A stretch of 64,000 nt of DNA from Myxococcota bacterium (GCA_036336835.1 JAYZFK010000005.1:32001-96000), one strand, 5' to 3'; shown: positions 20,788 through 31,339, counted from the stretch's first letter. Translations and numbers: made by a program. The notes: a model not told the origin generated them from the letters alone.

Positions 20788-21704
20788 GCGAGGCCATCAC
20801 GCTATCGATTCCCTACTACCGAGGGAACGCGTATCTGCGCCGAGCAATCGAGAGCGTGCTCGAGCAGGATGACGGCGAGTGGCTGCTCGCGATCCGCGAT
20901 GACGGCGAACGCGACGAGGCCCGCGCCGTCGTCGATGGGCTCGGGCTCACCGACGACCCGCGTGTGAGCTGCGTCCGCAACGCCTCGAATCTCGGAATGG
21001 TCGCCAACTGGAACCTCTGCCTCGACGCCGTCGAGACGCCGCTGGCGACGCTGCTCCACGCCGACGACGCGCTCGGCCCCAGCTACGTTCGCACCATGCG
21101 CGCGCTCGCCGGTGCAAATCCCGACGACACGGCCTTCTTCTGCGAGGCGCGTATCATCGACGAGAGCGGAAACCAGCGCTTCTCGCTCGCGGACTGGATC
21201 AAACGCTTCTACCTGCCCGCACGAGCGGCCAGCGGCGATTCCTTCTCGCTCTCCGGGGAGAGCGCCCTCGAGGCCCTGATGGCCGGAAACTTCATCATGT
21301 GCCCGACGCTGTGCTTCCGGCTCGACAAGCTCGCGGGGCGTCGCTTCGATGCGAGCCACCACCAGGTCCAGGATCTCGAGTTCACCTCGCGCCTGTTGAT
21401 GGACGGCGACACACTTGTCGGCACCCGATGGACCCACTACGCGTACCGGCGCCACGCGGCCGGAGCCACCGCGCTGCAGTCCGAGAGCCTGTTGCGGTTC
21501 CAGGAAGAGCTTGCGTTGTTCGATCGGGTTGCCGAGCGCGCGGCAGCCATCGGCTGGAGCCGTGCCGCTCGCGTCGCACGTCGCAAGACGATCGTACGTC
21601 TCCACCTCGGCTACCGCGCGGCGGGCAATCTGACGCGGTTGCGGGTCCGGCGCGCCTTGCGCGAGCTGGGGCTCGCAGCGGGCCGGCAGCGACCCCGCGC
21701 GTGA
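20784..21704 (+). CDS. GT2 glycosyltransferase
   Basis: IPYY, RAIESV, DDG, NLGMVANWN, LHADD. Confidence 0.88.
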   Translation: MSEAITLSIPYYRGNAYLRRAIESVLEQDDGEWLLAIRDDGERDEARAVVDGLGLTDDPRVSCVRNASNLGMVANWNLCLDAVETPLATLLHADDALGPSYVRTMRALAGANPDDTAFFCEARIIDESGNQRFSLADWIKRFYLPARAASGDSFSLSGESALEALMAGNFIMCPTLCFRLDKLAGRRFDASHHQVQDLEFTSRLLMDGDTLVGTRWTHYAYRRHAAGATALQSESLLRFQEELALFDRVAERAAAIGWSRAARVARRKTIVRLHLGYRAAGNLTRLRVRRALRELGLAAGRQRPRA

Positions 21705-21720
21705 TACCCTCCTGCACCAT

Positions 21721-22647
21721 GTGTCCGCCTCGCGTGCGGCAACGCAGGCTCTGGGCGCAAGCAACGCGCTGGGGGTTTCTCGTCTGACCACCGACCTCGA
21801 ACGCGCTCGGAGTGACTACGCTCGGAAGGTGGCAAAGCTCGCCTCGCTTCGAACGCCCGGCCTCGCTCGCGCGTTCGCAACGGTGCCCCGAGAGAACTTC
21901 GTCGGGCCCGGTCCGTGGCAGGTCCTGCGGCCCCCGACCGAGGAGGGCTATTCCCAGACGCCCGACGACGATCCCGTTCACCTCTACGACACCGTGCTGG
22001 TCGCACTCGATCCTCAGCGCAAGATCAGCAATGGAGAGCCGGTCGCGCTCGCCCAGTGGCTCGACCAGCTCGAGCTCGAGCCCGGGAACAGGTTCGCCCA
22101 CGTGGGCTGCGGGGTCGGCTATTACACCGCGATCGCAGCCGAAGCAGTGCGTCCCGGTGGCCGGAGCCTCGGACTCGAAGTCGTTCCCGATCTCGCCGAA
22201 CGAGCAGGACGCAACCTGGCTTCCTACGACGATATCGAGGTCCGCGAGGCGGGCGCGTTCGCGCCCGACGACGGGCCCTTCGACGCCATCTTCGTCAATG
22301 CCGGCGCCACGAGCGTCCTCCCAGCCTGGCTCGACCTGCTCGCGGACCGAGGACGACTGCTGTTGCCGCTCACCGTCTCGATCACGGGCGGCGACATCGG
22401 GGCCGGCCGGGTGCTCCTGATCGTGCACCGCGGGGATGCCTTCGAGGCGCGCTTCGTATCCTTCGCCGCCATCTTCCACTGTGCCGGGGCACGCAGCGAG
22501 GAAGGCGACCAGGCGCTGCGAGCCGCCTACAGGGAGGGAGATGCGGACGAGGTTCGCAGTCTGCGGCGAGACACCCACGACCGATTGGCCACCTGCTGGC
22601 TCCACACCAGCGAGTTTTGCCTCTCCTATGCCGAGCCGGCTGACTGA
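21721..22647 (+). CDS. Protein-L-isoaspartate O-methyltransferase-like protein
   Basis: AFATVPRENF.GPGPW, HVGCGVGYYTA, FDAIFVNAG, GRLLLP. Start uncertain. Confidence 0.8.
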   Translation: MSASRAATQALGASNALGVSRLTTDLERARSDYARKVAKLASLRTPGLARAFATVPRENFVGPGPWQVLRPPTEEGYSQTPDDDPVHLYDTVLVALDPQRKISNGEPVALAQWLDQLELEPGNRFAHVGCGVGYYTAIAAEAVRPGGRSLGLEVVPDLAERAGRNLASYDDIEVREAGAFAPDDGPFDAIFVNAGATSVLPAWLDLLADRGRLLLPLTVSITGGDIGAGRVLLIVHRGDAFEARFVSFAAIFHCAGARSEEGDQALRAAYREGDADEVRSLRRDTHDRLATCWLHTSEFCLSYAEPAD

Positions 22648-24518
22648 CTCGCCGTCTCCGCATCTTCCAGGCGCTCGAAGCCGCGCGCGTCGAGTGCCTC
22701 GAGCGCGTCGTCCATGTCCGGGATGTGGAGCGCCACCGCGACGACATCGCCTTCCGCCGGCTGGTAGTCGCTCGACATGGGCCGCATGGGCTGCGAGCCG
22801 CGCTGCATGGACAGCATCACCAGGCGTTCGCCGATCGGCGGCGGATCGCGCACCGGCTCGTCCTCGGACGGCGTTTCGGGCAGGCGAGCCGGATCGAAGC
22901 GAAAGCGCCCCACCTCGACGTCGCCGTGGCGTAGGCGCACATCCCAGCGCTCGATGTCGTGGACGGCGTCGAACGCGATCTCGGCCTCTTCGTTCTGCAC
23001 GAGCTCGGCGGCCATTCCGGTCTCGATCGCCTGCACGGCGACATAGTTCTTGGGAACGTGGAAGAGCTCGTGAGCCCGATTGACGAAGACGGCGTTCACG
23101 GTCTGGTTCGGGGTGATGCCGATCGCCGTCTCGACGCACTCGAGCTGTGCGCGTTGCAGCGTTCGCTCTTCCAGCGCATTGCCGAAGACGACCGTGAAGC
23201 CAGCCTCCTGTGCCTGCCGACACGTCTGCGGGTTCGAGTCGAGGATCACCACTGGCACGCCCCCGCGCCGAAGCTCTTCCGCCAGCAGGAAACCGAGCCC
23301 CTGCGCACCGAGGATCGCGACGCCCTCGCGCTTCGGGAGCTTGACGCCGAGGACGCGCGCTGCCAGGCCGGCCGTGAGCCCCGCCTGCAGCACGGTGCCG
23401 ACGATGGTGAGGAAGACCAGCGCGCGCAGCTCGCGGCCCCCGTCCAGCCCGTTCTTCTCCATCGCCGCCGCAACCAACGACGCCATCGCCGCCGCCACGA
23501 TCCCACGCGGCGCAACCCAGCTGATGAATGCCCGCTCGCGGGCGCTGAGATCCGACCCGCTCGTCGAGAGCACCACGACCAGTGGGCGCACCGCGAAGAC
23601 GAGTGCTCCGACCACGGCGAGTCCCGGCCAGCCGAGCGCTACGACGTCGGCGAGTCGCACGTCCGCCGCCAGCATCACGAACAGCAGACCGATCAGCAGG
23701 ATCGTCAGCTGATCCTTGAACTCGCGCAGGTCTCGATCGACCGGGGTGCGCATGTTGCCGACCGTCACGCCGGCGATGGTCACCGCGAGGATGCCGCTCT
23801 GCGCCACCAGCTCGTCGGCCAGCACGAACACCAGAAGCACCATCGCGAGCACGAAGATGTTCTCGTGACCCTGCGGAACCAACCGTCGGATGCGCAGCAG
23901 GAGGCCCAGCATCAGGCCGGACAGCAGACCAATGGCGGTGCCGACACCGACGCGCAGCACGAGATCGGCGGCACCCACTGCCGCGCGCTCGGGCGCGACC
24001 ACGACCTCGAGCACGAGCAGAGCCAGGATCGCACCGACCGGGTCGATCAGGACGCCCTCGGCATTGAGCACCGTGGCGACCCGGGGGCGGAGCCGCATCT
24101 GCGAGACGAGCGGGCCGACGACCGTCGGACCGGTCACGACGACCAGGCTGCCGAACAGCACGGACTGCTGCCACGTCCAGTCGAGGATCCAGGCGGCGGT
24201 GAGCGAAGCGAGGCCGAGCGTCAGGATCGCGCCCGACAGCACCAGGTGGCGGATCGCAGACTGCTCGCGCCGCAGTCGCGAGATCTGGAGGTTCAGCCCG
24301 CCCTCGAACAGGATCACCGCGACCGCAATGTCGACGATGGCAAAGAAGCCTTCGCCGAGTGCACGCGGCTGCACCAGACCGAGGCCGTCCGGGCCGAGCG
24401 CGGCCCCGGCCAGCAGCAGGATCACGATGCCCGGCAGGCGCAGGTGGCGCGCGACGGACTGGCACAGGACGCCCGCCGCCAATGCCAGCACCAGGGTGAA
24501 TGCTGCGTGCCCGTCCAC
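22626..24518 (-). CDS. CPA1 cation:proton antiporter with TrkA-N/RCK domain
   Basis: [27 protein letters not shown], then ILGA..LG...D.N nucleotide-binding domain. Confidence 0.9.
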   Translation of the reverse strand: MDGHAAFTLVLALAAGVLCQSVARHLRLPGIVILLLAGAALGPDGLGLVQPRALGEGFFAIVDIAVAVILFEGGLNLQISRLRREQSAIRHLVLSGAILTLGLASLTAAWILDWTWQQSVLFGSLVVVTGPTVVGPLVSQMRLRPRVATVLNAEGVLIDPVGAILALLVLEVVVAPERAAVGAADLVLRVGVGTAIGLLSGLMLGLLLRIRRLVPQGHENIFVLAMVLLVFVLADELVAQSGILAVTIAGVTVGNMRTPVDRDLREFKDQLTILLIGLLFVMLAADVRLADVVALGWPGLAVVGALVFAVRPLVVVLSTSGSDLSARERAFISWVAPRGIVAAAMASLVAAAMEKNGLDGGRELRALVFLTIVGTVLQAGLTAGLAARVLGVKLPKREGVAILGAQGLGFLLAEELRRGGVPVVILDSNPQTCRQAQEAGFTVVFGNALEERTLQRAQLECVETAIGITPNQTVNAVFVNRAHELFHVPKNYVAVQAIETGMAAELVQNEEAEIAFDAVHDIERWDVRLRHGDVEVGRFRFDPARLPETPSEDEPVRDPPPIGERLVMLSMQRGSQPMRPMSSDYQPAEGDVVAVALHIPDMDDALEALDARGFERLEDAETASQSAGSA

Positions 24519-24639
24519 GGCCTCGGACCTTACCCCTCCGCGGCCCCGCCGCGCCCGCCCCGGCGACCACACCGGCCGAACGGGATGGCTCGATGCTCCG
24601 CGGGGGCGGAATCTGCAGACTGGGGTGTAGACTCGATCC

Positions 24640-25656
24640 ATGGCTGCTCGCAAGACCGCCCGCAAGAAGAAGACGACGCGCAAACGGGCTCCCGCGAGCA
24701 AGCGCCTCACCCCTCGCAAGGAGAAACGAGGCCTCGAAGCCAACCAGGTGCGCCTCGAGCTCGACGCAGCCGAGATCGCGCCCCTGGTCGCAGAGGTGGA
24801 GCGCGCTGGCGGAGCTCCGATCGGCGCCTATCGCGAGCCGTTCTCCGGCCGACCTCAGCTGCTGGCATCGCTGCCGATCGCGGCCGTCGAGCCAACGCCC
24901 TTCCAGCGCGATCTGTCGCCCACGCACACCAAGCGGCTCGCGGCCAAGATCGAGGAGAGCGGCAGCTTCCTCGATCCACTGATCGTAGTGCGCGGCGAGG
25001 GAGGCCAGCTGTGGACGCCGAACGGGCGACATCGATTGGCCGCGGCGAAGCTGCTGGGACTCAAGCAGATCACTGCGCTGATCTCGCCCGACGAGGACCT
25101 CGCCTTCAAGATCCTGGCGCTCAACACGGAGAAGGCCCACAACCTGAAGGACAAGAGCCTCGAGGTCATCCGCATGGCGCGCGAGCTGGCGCGGCGGAAC
25201 AAGCGTTCGAAGAAGACAGAGACCGACTACGCCGCGGAGTTCGAGTCCCCCGAGCTGATCACGCTAGGCGTGGTGTACGAAGGCCAGGGGCGCTTCGCCG
25301 GCGGCGCCTACAATCCGGTGCTGCGCAAGCTCGACCGCTTCTCGAGCAAGTCGCTCGCTACCAGTCTGCGCGAGCGAGAAGGCTATGCGGCGCGATTGGT
25401 CGGGATCGACGCCGAGGTCAAGCGCATCATCGCCGAGCTCCAGGGCCGCGGCTTCAAGTCGCCCTGCCTGCGAAGCTACGTGGTCGCTCGCATCAATCCC
25501 GTGCGCTTCCACCGCGCCAAGCAGGGAGATGCGAAGCCGCCGATGGCGATGGGCGCCGGGCTCACCCGAATGGCGGCCTCGGCTCGCAAGCTCGACACGT
25601 CGAGCATCCGCCACAGCGAGCTCGCTCTGGTCGCCGCCGTCGCCAGCGACGAATGA
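24640..25656 (+). CDS. ParB N-terminal-domain protein, orphan
   Basis: [21 protein letters not shown] (GxxRxxA), ALNTEK. Lys/Arg-rich N-terminal tail. Confidence 0.8.
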   Translation: MAARKTARKKKTTRKRAPASKRLTPRKEKRGLEANQVRLELDAAEIAPLVAEVERAGGAPIGAYREPFSGRPQLLASLPIAAVEPTPFQRDLSPTHTKRLAAKIEESGSFLDPLIVVRGEGGQLWTPNGRHRLAAAKLLGLKQITALISPDEDLAFKILALNTEKAHNLKDKSLEVIRMARELARRNKRSKKTETDYAAEFESPELITLGVVYEGQGRFAGGAYNPVLRKLDRFSSKSLATSLREREGYAARLVGIDAEVKRIIAELQGRGFKSPCLRSYVVARINPVRFHRAKQGDAKPPMAMGAGLTRMAASARKLDTSSIRHSELALVAAVASDE

Positions 25657-25964
25657 CCGCGGTCCGCGCGCGCGTGCTCGTGAGCGGTCGCGTGCAGGGC
25701 GTGTGGTTCCGCGAATCCACACGCGAACGCGCCGGCGCACTCGGCCTGACGGGTTGGGTGCGCAACCTGCCCGATGGCCGCGTCGAGGCGTTGTTCGAGG
25801 GCGAGCGCGGCGCCGTCGCTGAAGCAATCGAGTTCGTGCGCGAGGGTCCGCCGCTGGCGCGCGTGGTCTCCGCGGAGGTCGCCGAATACGAGGAGGCCGC
25901 TCCCACGGAGGACGCGTTTCGCGTCCCCCTGGCGGGTCGGCCGCACCGACAGCGCGAAGCGTGA
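25653..25964 (+). CDS. acyP: Acylphosphatase
   Basis: [33 protein letters not shown] overlap. Confidence 0.92.
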   Translation: MTAVRARVLVSGRVQGVWFRESTRERAGALGLTGWVRNLPDGRVEALFEGERGAVAEAIEFVREGPPLARVVSAEVAEYEEAAPTEDAFRVPLAGRPHRQREA

Positions 25965-26232
25965 GCGGGGCGCTCGGGTCCCGATCTTCGCACCGGCCGG
26001 TCGGGTCGTGATCACAGCGACCGATATCCGGAGCTTCGGGCTCCGCGTTCCGGCCGCGCCGCCAATTCGGTTGCCTCCCGGCTGTCACTGCGAGCACTGC
26101 TGGTCTTCTCACGACCGCGGTGTCGCGCGCCAGTGCCGACGAGCAGCTGGCCGTAGCGCCGAGAACGACGGCGGATCCAGCCGACCCGCCTGCGGCGGCT
26201 GACGCGCCGAACGCGCTATCTCTCGGGTCGCC

Positions 26233-29037
26233 TTGCAAGCACGCCTGCTCGCCTTCCTGTCCGGCATCCCCGCCCTGGTCTACCAGGTGGTGTGGACGCG
26301 CGAGGTGGCGCTGCTTGCGGGCAGCCAGCTCGACGCGATCGCAACCGTGGTGGCGACCTACTTCGGCGGCCTCGCGCTCGGCTCGCGCGTGTTGGGCGAG
26401 CGCGTCGATCGCTCTCCGCGCCCGCTGCGCTTCTACGCGCTGCTAGAGCTTCTGGCAGCTGCCCTGACCCTCGCTGCGACGCTGATGCTGCGGGCGCTGG
26501 GCACACACGCGCCCGCCGGCGCAGCGGACTGGTGGGGCTCGCCGGCCGTGCTCGCGGCGAGCGGCGCGCTGGTGCTGCCGGTGACCTTTCTGCTCGGCGG
26601 CACCCAGCCAGCACTGCTGCGCAGCACGGGCGAGACCAGCCGGCGAGCCACGGGGCCTGCTGGGGAGATCCAGGGAGTCAACACGCTCGGGGCCGTGATT
26701 GGCGTGATCCTCGCCGCCCTGGCAATTCCCTGGCTCGGGCTGTGGACGACCCTGTGCACCGCGGCCGGGCTGGCGGCGAGCGTGGGCGGGCTCGCGCTCG
26801 CCCTCGACGCCACTGGCAAGCGCGCAGAGCCGATCGAACCCGACCGGCAGGAGCCGCGCGCGCCCCGAGCGCTCCCAGTGCGCATCCTGGCACTTGCGGC
26901 GGCCGCGGGCGTCGCCACGCTGGGCTACGAGGTGCTGGCGGTCCGGATGGCGTCGATCCGGCTGGGATCGTCGCTGTATGCCTGGACACTGGTGCTCTCC
27001 GTATTCCTTGCGGGCCTGGCAGCCGGCAACGTGGCATTGGCGAGCACCGCCTCGCAGACCCGACGCCCAGCGCGGCTGCTCGGCCGCATCGAGTTGGCCA
27101 GTGCGCTCGCACTCGCGCTCGGACTGGTGGCGATCCACCCTCCCCTCGCGCACAGCGCCGCCGGGGTCGAAGCCCGCGCGCTGCTCGCAGTGGTGCTGGG
27201 CGTGCTCCCCGCCGCCTTCTGCATGGGGGGCGCCTTCCCGCTGTTTGCCCGGCTCGTGCTCGACGCAACCCCCGGTCGCAGCTTCGGCGCGCTCGTCGCC
27301 TGGAACACGGCGGGAGGCATTGCCGGGGCGCTGCTGACGCCGGTCCTCTTGCTTCCCGTGTTCGGAATGGCCGGCGGAGTATTGGTGTGTGCGGGCATCA
27401 ACCTGGCGGTCGGCTTCGGCGTGCTCGTCTGGACACCGCGCAAGACCGAATCCAGCAGGCTGGGCCCGGCCACGCTGGCCTCGGGCGTGGCATTCGCCGG
27501 CGCCGCGGCGCTCGGCTGGCTCGGCGTGCGCCAGGCGCAGCCACTGGGTGCGATTCACATCGAGCACGGACGCCTCGTGTCGGCCGTGGTCGTGGCGCAC
27601 CGGGGCGAGCGCGAGTTGATCGTCGACGGCGACCAGGAAGCACACACCGCGCCCGAGGCGCGCCTCGCCGAAGAGTTGCTCGCTGCGGTGCCCCTGGCTG
27701 TGCACCCGGCACCGAGGCGCTTTCTCGAAATCGGCTTCGGCGCCGGCATCACCCTCGGCACCGCCTCGCGCTTTCCGCTCGAGCGCCTGGAGTGCGTCGA
27801 AATCGCCGGCGCAGTGCTTCGTTCGGCTCCGTGGATGGAGCCCGCCAACCGCGGAGTCCTGCGTGACCCGCGGCTCACGCTGTACGACCTGGATGCGCGC
27901 GCGTTTCTGCGGGGTGTAACGCCCGTCTACGATGTGGTGGTCGCCAACACCCTCCACCCCTGGTCGCTGGGCGCGACCGGACTCTACTCGGTCGAGTACT
28001 TCTCGCGGCTGCGCGCCGGCCTGGCTCCCGGCGGCATCGCCACACAGTGGATCCCGGCCTCCGGGATCGCGTCGGCCAGCTTCCGCGCGATCCTGCGGAC
28101 GTTCTTCGAGGCATTCGAGCACGGAGTCGTGCTGTGGGGTGAGGACAATGTGATCCTGCTCGGCTCCGCACAGGTCATCGAGCTGCCCGAGCCCGGCGTC
28201 TTGGTCGCGCGGCTGGCCGGCGCGGAACTCGATCCGCGTGCGCTTCGGCTCGCGGGGCCCGGAGGCGATTCGCTCGCGGCGCGCCGGATCGGCGAGGCGA
28301 GCGACGTCCGCGAGGTCGTCGACCGGGACGAGATCCTGCGCGATGACCGACCGCGACTCGAAGCCGACGCCGCCTTCGGCGTCGCGCGCCGCAACTCGGG
28401 GATCTACCGCCTGCTGGTCGAGCTGGCGACCCGTGCCAACGCGCGGCACGCCGCCTCGCCGGAGCTGTTGCTCTGGCTCGAATCCCGGGCGGCGAGGCTG
28501 GGCAGCGAGCCCGACCGCGCGAGCGCGCGCGAGGCACTCGCCGAGCAGCAGGGACTGGCGCTCGCGCGCCGGAGTCACGCCAGGCGAATCGCAGCCCAGG
28601 CGAGCGACCAGTTGCGACTGGGCGATCGCACGAGAGCAGGGTCTTTGTACGTCCGCGCGCAGGAGATCGACCCCACATTCCGCGGCAGCTCGCTCGCGCG
28701 GTCCATGCTCGCCCGCGACGAGGGCCAGCCCGAGCGCGCGGCGCAGCTCCTCGAGCGGTGGCTACAGCTGCACCCCGACGATCCGGAAGCCTGGAACGAC
28801 CTCGCGAGTCTGCTGGCGGAGACGGGCCAGCTCGAGCGTGCGGAGCGCGCCGTCGAGCAGGCACTCGCCAGCAACCCCTTCTTTCCCGAAGCGCTCGCCA
28901 ACGCCGGGCTCCTGGCCGTCGCGCGCGGCGACCCGGAGCGCGCGCGCGCGCTGCGCGACCGCCTCGCAGCGCTCGAGCACGGGCGGCCACGCGCCGAACT
29001 CGAGGCACTCGAGCAAGCGCTCGAGCGGGGTCGCTGA
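26233..29037 (+). CDS. Fused MFS-like membrane / spermidine-synthase-like domain protein with C-terminal TPRs
   Basis: YQVVW.R, GLALGS, NTLGA/NTAGG repeats, LEIGFGAGIT, VEI, DAR.FL, LYS.EYF, TPR-like PDDPEAWNDLA. Confidence 0.8.
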   Translation: MQARLLAFLSGIPALVYQVVWTREVALLAGSQLDAIATVVATYFGGLALGSRVLGERVDRSPRPLRFYALLELLAAALTLAATLMLRALGTHAPAGAADWWGSPAVLAASGALVLPVTFLLGGTQPALLRSTGETSRRATGPAGEIQGVNTLGAVIGVILAALAIPWLGLWTTLCTAAGLAASVGGLALALDATGKRAEPIEPDRQEPRAPRALPVRILALAAAAGVATLGYEVLAVRMASIRLGSSLYAWTLVLSVFLAGLAAGNVALASTASQTRRPARLLGRIELASALALALGLVAIHPPLAHSAAGVEARALLAVVLGVLPAAFCMGGAFPLFARLVLDATPGRSFGALVAWNTAGGIAGALLTPVLLLPVFGMAGGVLVCAGINLAVGFGVLVWTPRKTESSRLGPATLASGVAFAGAAALGWLGVRQAQPLGAIHIEHGRLVSAVVVAHRGERELIVDGDQEAHTAPEARLAEELLAAVPLAVHPAPRRFLEIGFGAGITLGTASRFPLERLECVEIAGAVLRSAPWMEPANRGVLRDPRLTLYDLDARAFLRGVTPVYDVVVANTLHPWSLGATGLYSVEYFSRLRAGLAPGGIATQWIPASGIASASFRAILRTFFEAFEHGVVLWGEDNVILLGSAQVIELPEPGVLVARLAGAELDPRALRLAGPGGDSLAARRIGEASDVREVVDRDEILRDDRPRLEADAAFGVARRNSGIYRLLVELATRANARHAASPELLLWLESRAARLGSEPDRASAREALAEQQGLALARRSHARRIAAQASDQLRLGDRTRAGSLYVRAQEIDPTFRGSSLARSMLARDEGQPERAAQLLERWLQLHPDDPEAWNDLASLLAETGQLERAERAVEQALASNPFFPEALANAGLLAVARGDPERARALRDRLAALEHGRPRAELEALEQALERGR

Positions 29038-29146
29038 TCGCACCACGCTGGACATCCGGTCAGCGCGGGGTCGGGCGGTCGAGTGAGCCAGTGGCGAGCA
29101 GTCGGCGTAGACCGGTGGGAGTGCCTCGCCCGGTCCAGACCCCGAT

Positions 29147-29830
29147 CTAACTGCGTCGAGAGCGATGTGCCCCCACCCCGATCCAGAGCAGCAGGCCAGC
29201 CTGAAGCAGCATCCCGGCCCCGGGTTCGGGAACGGGAGCGGAAGCGGTCGTGCCCTGCACGGTGAAGTCCGTCCCCGAGCTCACCATGAAGGTCACGGTC
29301 TGCCCGGCCGCAATGTCGCCCTCGGACGTGTGGGTCACGAACAGCCGGACGCTCGTCTGGTTGGCGGCGAGGGGCGTGCCGAACGTGAACACACCAGCCA
29401 GCGTGCTCACACTGTCCGCCAGCACCGAGGTCGGCCCGATGTCGCCGGAGCCGGTGTCATCGAACGCACCCGCGGATTGCGGATTCAGGAAGAAGAACGG
29501 GCTGCCCACCGTGATGCCGAGCGCGTCGACCGACGACGAGCCCGAGTTCAAGATGAGGTCGACGACGAAGATGTCCTGGCCCGTGCTGGAGGTGGAGGCA
29601 CCCCCTTCATTGGGAGTCAGATTGCCGCCGACGTCCGACAACAGGAGACTTCCCGAGAGGTCGAACACCGGGCGCAGCACACCATCGACGCCGAGCGCGT
29701 TGTTGCCGCTATCGATGACGACCGGCGAATCGAGGGTAAATGCCAACGCGCTGGCAGTGCCGGCAGCGCAGACGTACAGCATCACCGCAGCGGCAGCTGC
29801 CACCGCCTGCAGCGCGCGAGGGAACTCCAT
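29147..29830 (-). CDS. PEP-CTERM sorting-domain surface protein
   Basis: Signal peptide, Ser/Thr/Gly-rich body, C-terminal VPEPG + TM helix + HRSRRS. AAGGAG RBS. Confidence 0.88.
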   Translation of the reverse strand: MEFPRALQAVAAAAAVMLYVCAAGTASALAFTLDSPVVIDSGNNALGVDGVLRPVFDLSGSLLLSDVGGNLTPNEGGASTSSTGQDIFVVDLILNSGSSSVDALGITVGSPFFFLNPQSAGAFDDTGSGDIGPTSVLADSVSTLAGVFTFGTPLAANQTSVRLFVTHTSEGDIAAGQTVTFMVSSGTDFTVQGTTASAPVPEPGAGMLLQAGLLLWIGVGAHRSRRS

Positions 29831-29880
29831 TCGGACTGCTCCTTCCGATTGGCTTCCCAGGGGGCCAAGCCTTTAAAGGC

Positions 29881-29897
29881 AGCAAGTTGCATTCCAA
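29881..29897 (-). promoter_or_regulatory. Sigma54 (-24/-12) promoter for the PEP-CTERM gene
   Basis: Minus strand TTGGAATGCAACTTGCT = GG-N10-GC with TTGCT, about 50 nt upstream of the ATG. Confidence 0.7.
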
Positions 29898-30073
29898 GTG
29901 CCCCGCTGGGCGCTCATTTCTGCTTAGATTTCCAAGGGGTTAATATTGCAGTGGAAATCCGATCCAAACAAACGACGTGCTCAGCGCAGTCGAAGATTTT
30001 TGGGAATAGATTTTCCACTGATGGCGCCGAATGGGCAGCGGACGGAAAAGTTTTTCATAGGCGACGTGCGGCA

Positions 30074-31339
30074 TCAGCGCCGATCGCGTGCCAGACGCAG
30101 CCCGGAAAACTGCCAGCGCGCGGCGGCCGGGAAGAAGTTGCGGTAGCTCGCGCGCAGATGGCTCCGGGGCGTGACGCACGAGCCGCCCCGCAAGACCCAC
30201 TGGTCGGCCATGAACTTCCCGTTGTACTCGCCCAGAGCCCCATCGAGAGGCCGATAGCCTGGGTACCCCGTGTAGGGACTGGCGGTCCACTCCCAGACAT
30301 CCCCAAAGAGGTTGCCGAAACGGCGGTGGGGGTCGACGGGAGCCGAGGCAGGCTGCAGGCGACGGCTCTCGACGAAGTTGCCTTCGACCGGATTCCCCAG
30401 CGCCGCGATCTCCCACTCCTGCTCGCGAGGAAGACGCGCCCCCGACCAGGTCGCATAGGCATCGGCCTCGTAGTAGCTGACGTGACAGACGGGCTCGGGG
30501 CCTCGTACCGGGCACAGGCCACCCAGCGTGAAGGTCCACCACTCCCCGTCGCGCTGGCGCCAGTAGAGCGGAGCTCTCCACTCCTGGGCCTGGACGGTCG
30601 TCCAGCCATCGGAGAGCCAGAGCTCGGGTCGCCGGTAGCCTCCGTCGTCGATGAACGCGCGCCACTGCGCATTGGTCACCGGGCGCGAAGCGAGCTCGAA
30701 CGCCTCGAGGAAGACGCGGTGACGCGGCCGCTCGTTGTCGAACGAGAAGCCGGCCGCCTGCGACCCGACCTCCACCAGACCTTCGTCGAAGCCGCGCCAC
30801 TCGAATGGCGCCGCCTCGAATTCGCACTCGTCATCGACCGGGGCACGGTATACCGGACCGTTCGGGTGGAATGACAGCGCGTGCTTCAGATCGGTGAGCA
30901 GGAGCTCCTGGTGCTGCTGCTCGTGCTGCAGGCCCAGCTCGATCCGCTCGGCGAGCTCGTTCGACGAGCTTGGGTCGCTGAGGAGCCGCCCGATCTCGTC
31001 GTCGACGAAGACCCGATAGCGCTCGATCTCCGCCATGCCGGGCCGTGTAATCAGTCCGCGCTGTGGGCGCGGATACTGCTCTCCAACTCCGTTGTAGTAC
31101 GAGTTGAAGAGCACCCGAAAGCTCGGGTCGAAGGGCGTGAACTCCCCGAGAGGAGAGGCGAAACGCTCGAGCACGAACGTTTCGAAGAACCACGTGGTGT
31201 GCGCCAGGTGCCACTTCACGGGGCTTGCATCCGGCATCGACTGCACCGTGCAGTCGGCCTCGGACAACGACGCCGCCAGGCCCAGCGTGGTGCCGCGGAT
31301 GGCGCTGTAGCGTTTCGCGAGATCGATTTGGCTCGTCAT
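30074..31339 (-). CDS. egtB: Ergothioneine biosynthesis sulfoxide synthase EgtB
   Basis: QSMPDASP.KWHLAHTTWFFE, FNSYY, HEQQHQEL, FDNE.PRH, WEWT, EYNGKFM, YRNFF, RWQFSG. Confidence 0.95.
   Translation of the reverse strand: MTSQIDLAKRYSAIRGTTLGLAASLSEADCTVQSMPDASPVKWHLAHTTWFFETFVLERFASPLGEFTPFDPSFRVLFNSYYNGVGEQYPRPQRGLITRPGMAEIERYRVFVDDEIGRLLSDPSSSNELAERIELGLQHEQQHQELLLTDLKHALSFHPNGPVYRAPVDDECEFEAAPFEWRGFDEGLVEVGSQAAGFSFDNERPRHRVFLEAFELASRPVTNAQWRAFIDDGGYRRPELWLSDGWTTVQAQEWRAPLYWRQRDGEWWTFTLGGLCPVRGPEPVCHVSYYEADAYATWSGARLPREQEWEIAALGNPVEGNFVESRRLQPASAPVDPHRRFGNLFGDVWEWTASPYTGYPGYRPLDGALGEYNGKFMADQWVLRGGSCVTPRSHLRASYRNFFPAAARWQFSGLRLARDRR

Noticed and set aside
21382..25964. Very long ORFs of 1252 aa (minus) and 1001 aa (plus)
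   Set aside because: They are Arg/Ala/Pro-rich shadow frames overlapping clearly recognisable genes (pcm-like, antiporter, ParB-like). Only the last 103 aa of the plus ORF are real (acylphosphatase).
30074..31339. EgtB homologue as selenoneine synthase SenA, given the selenoprotein nearby
   Set aside because: The motifs are those of ordinary type I EgtB, and no senB/senC (selD-like) neighbours are present.
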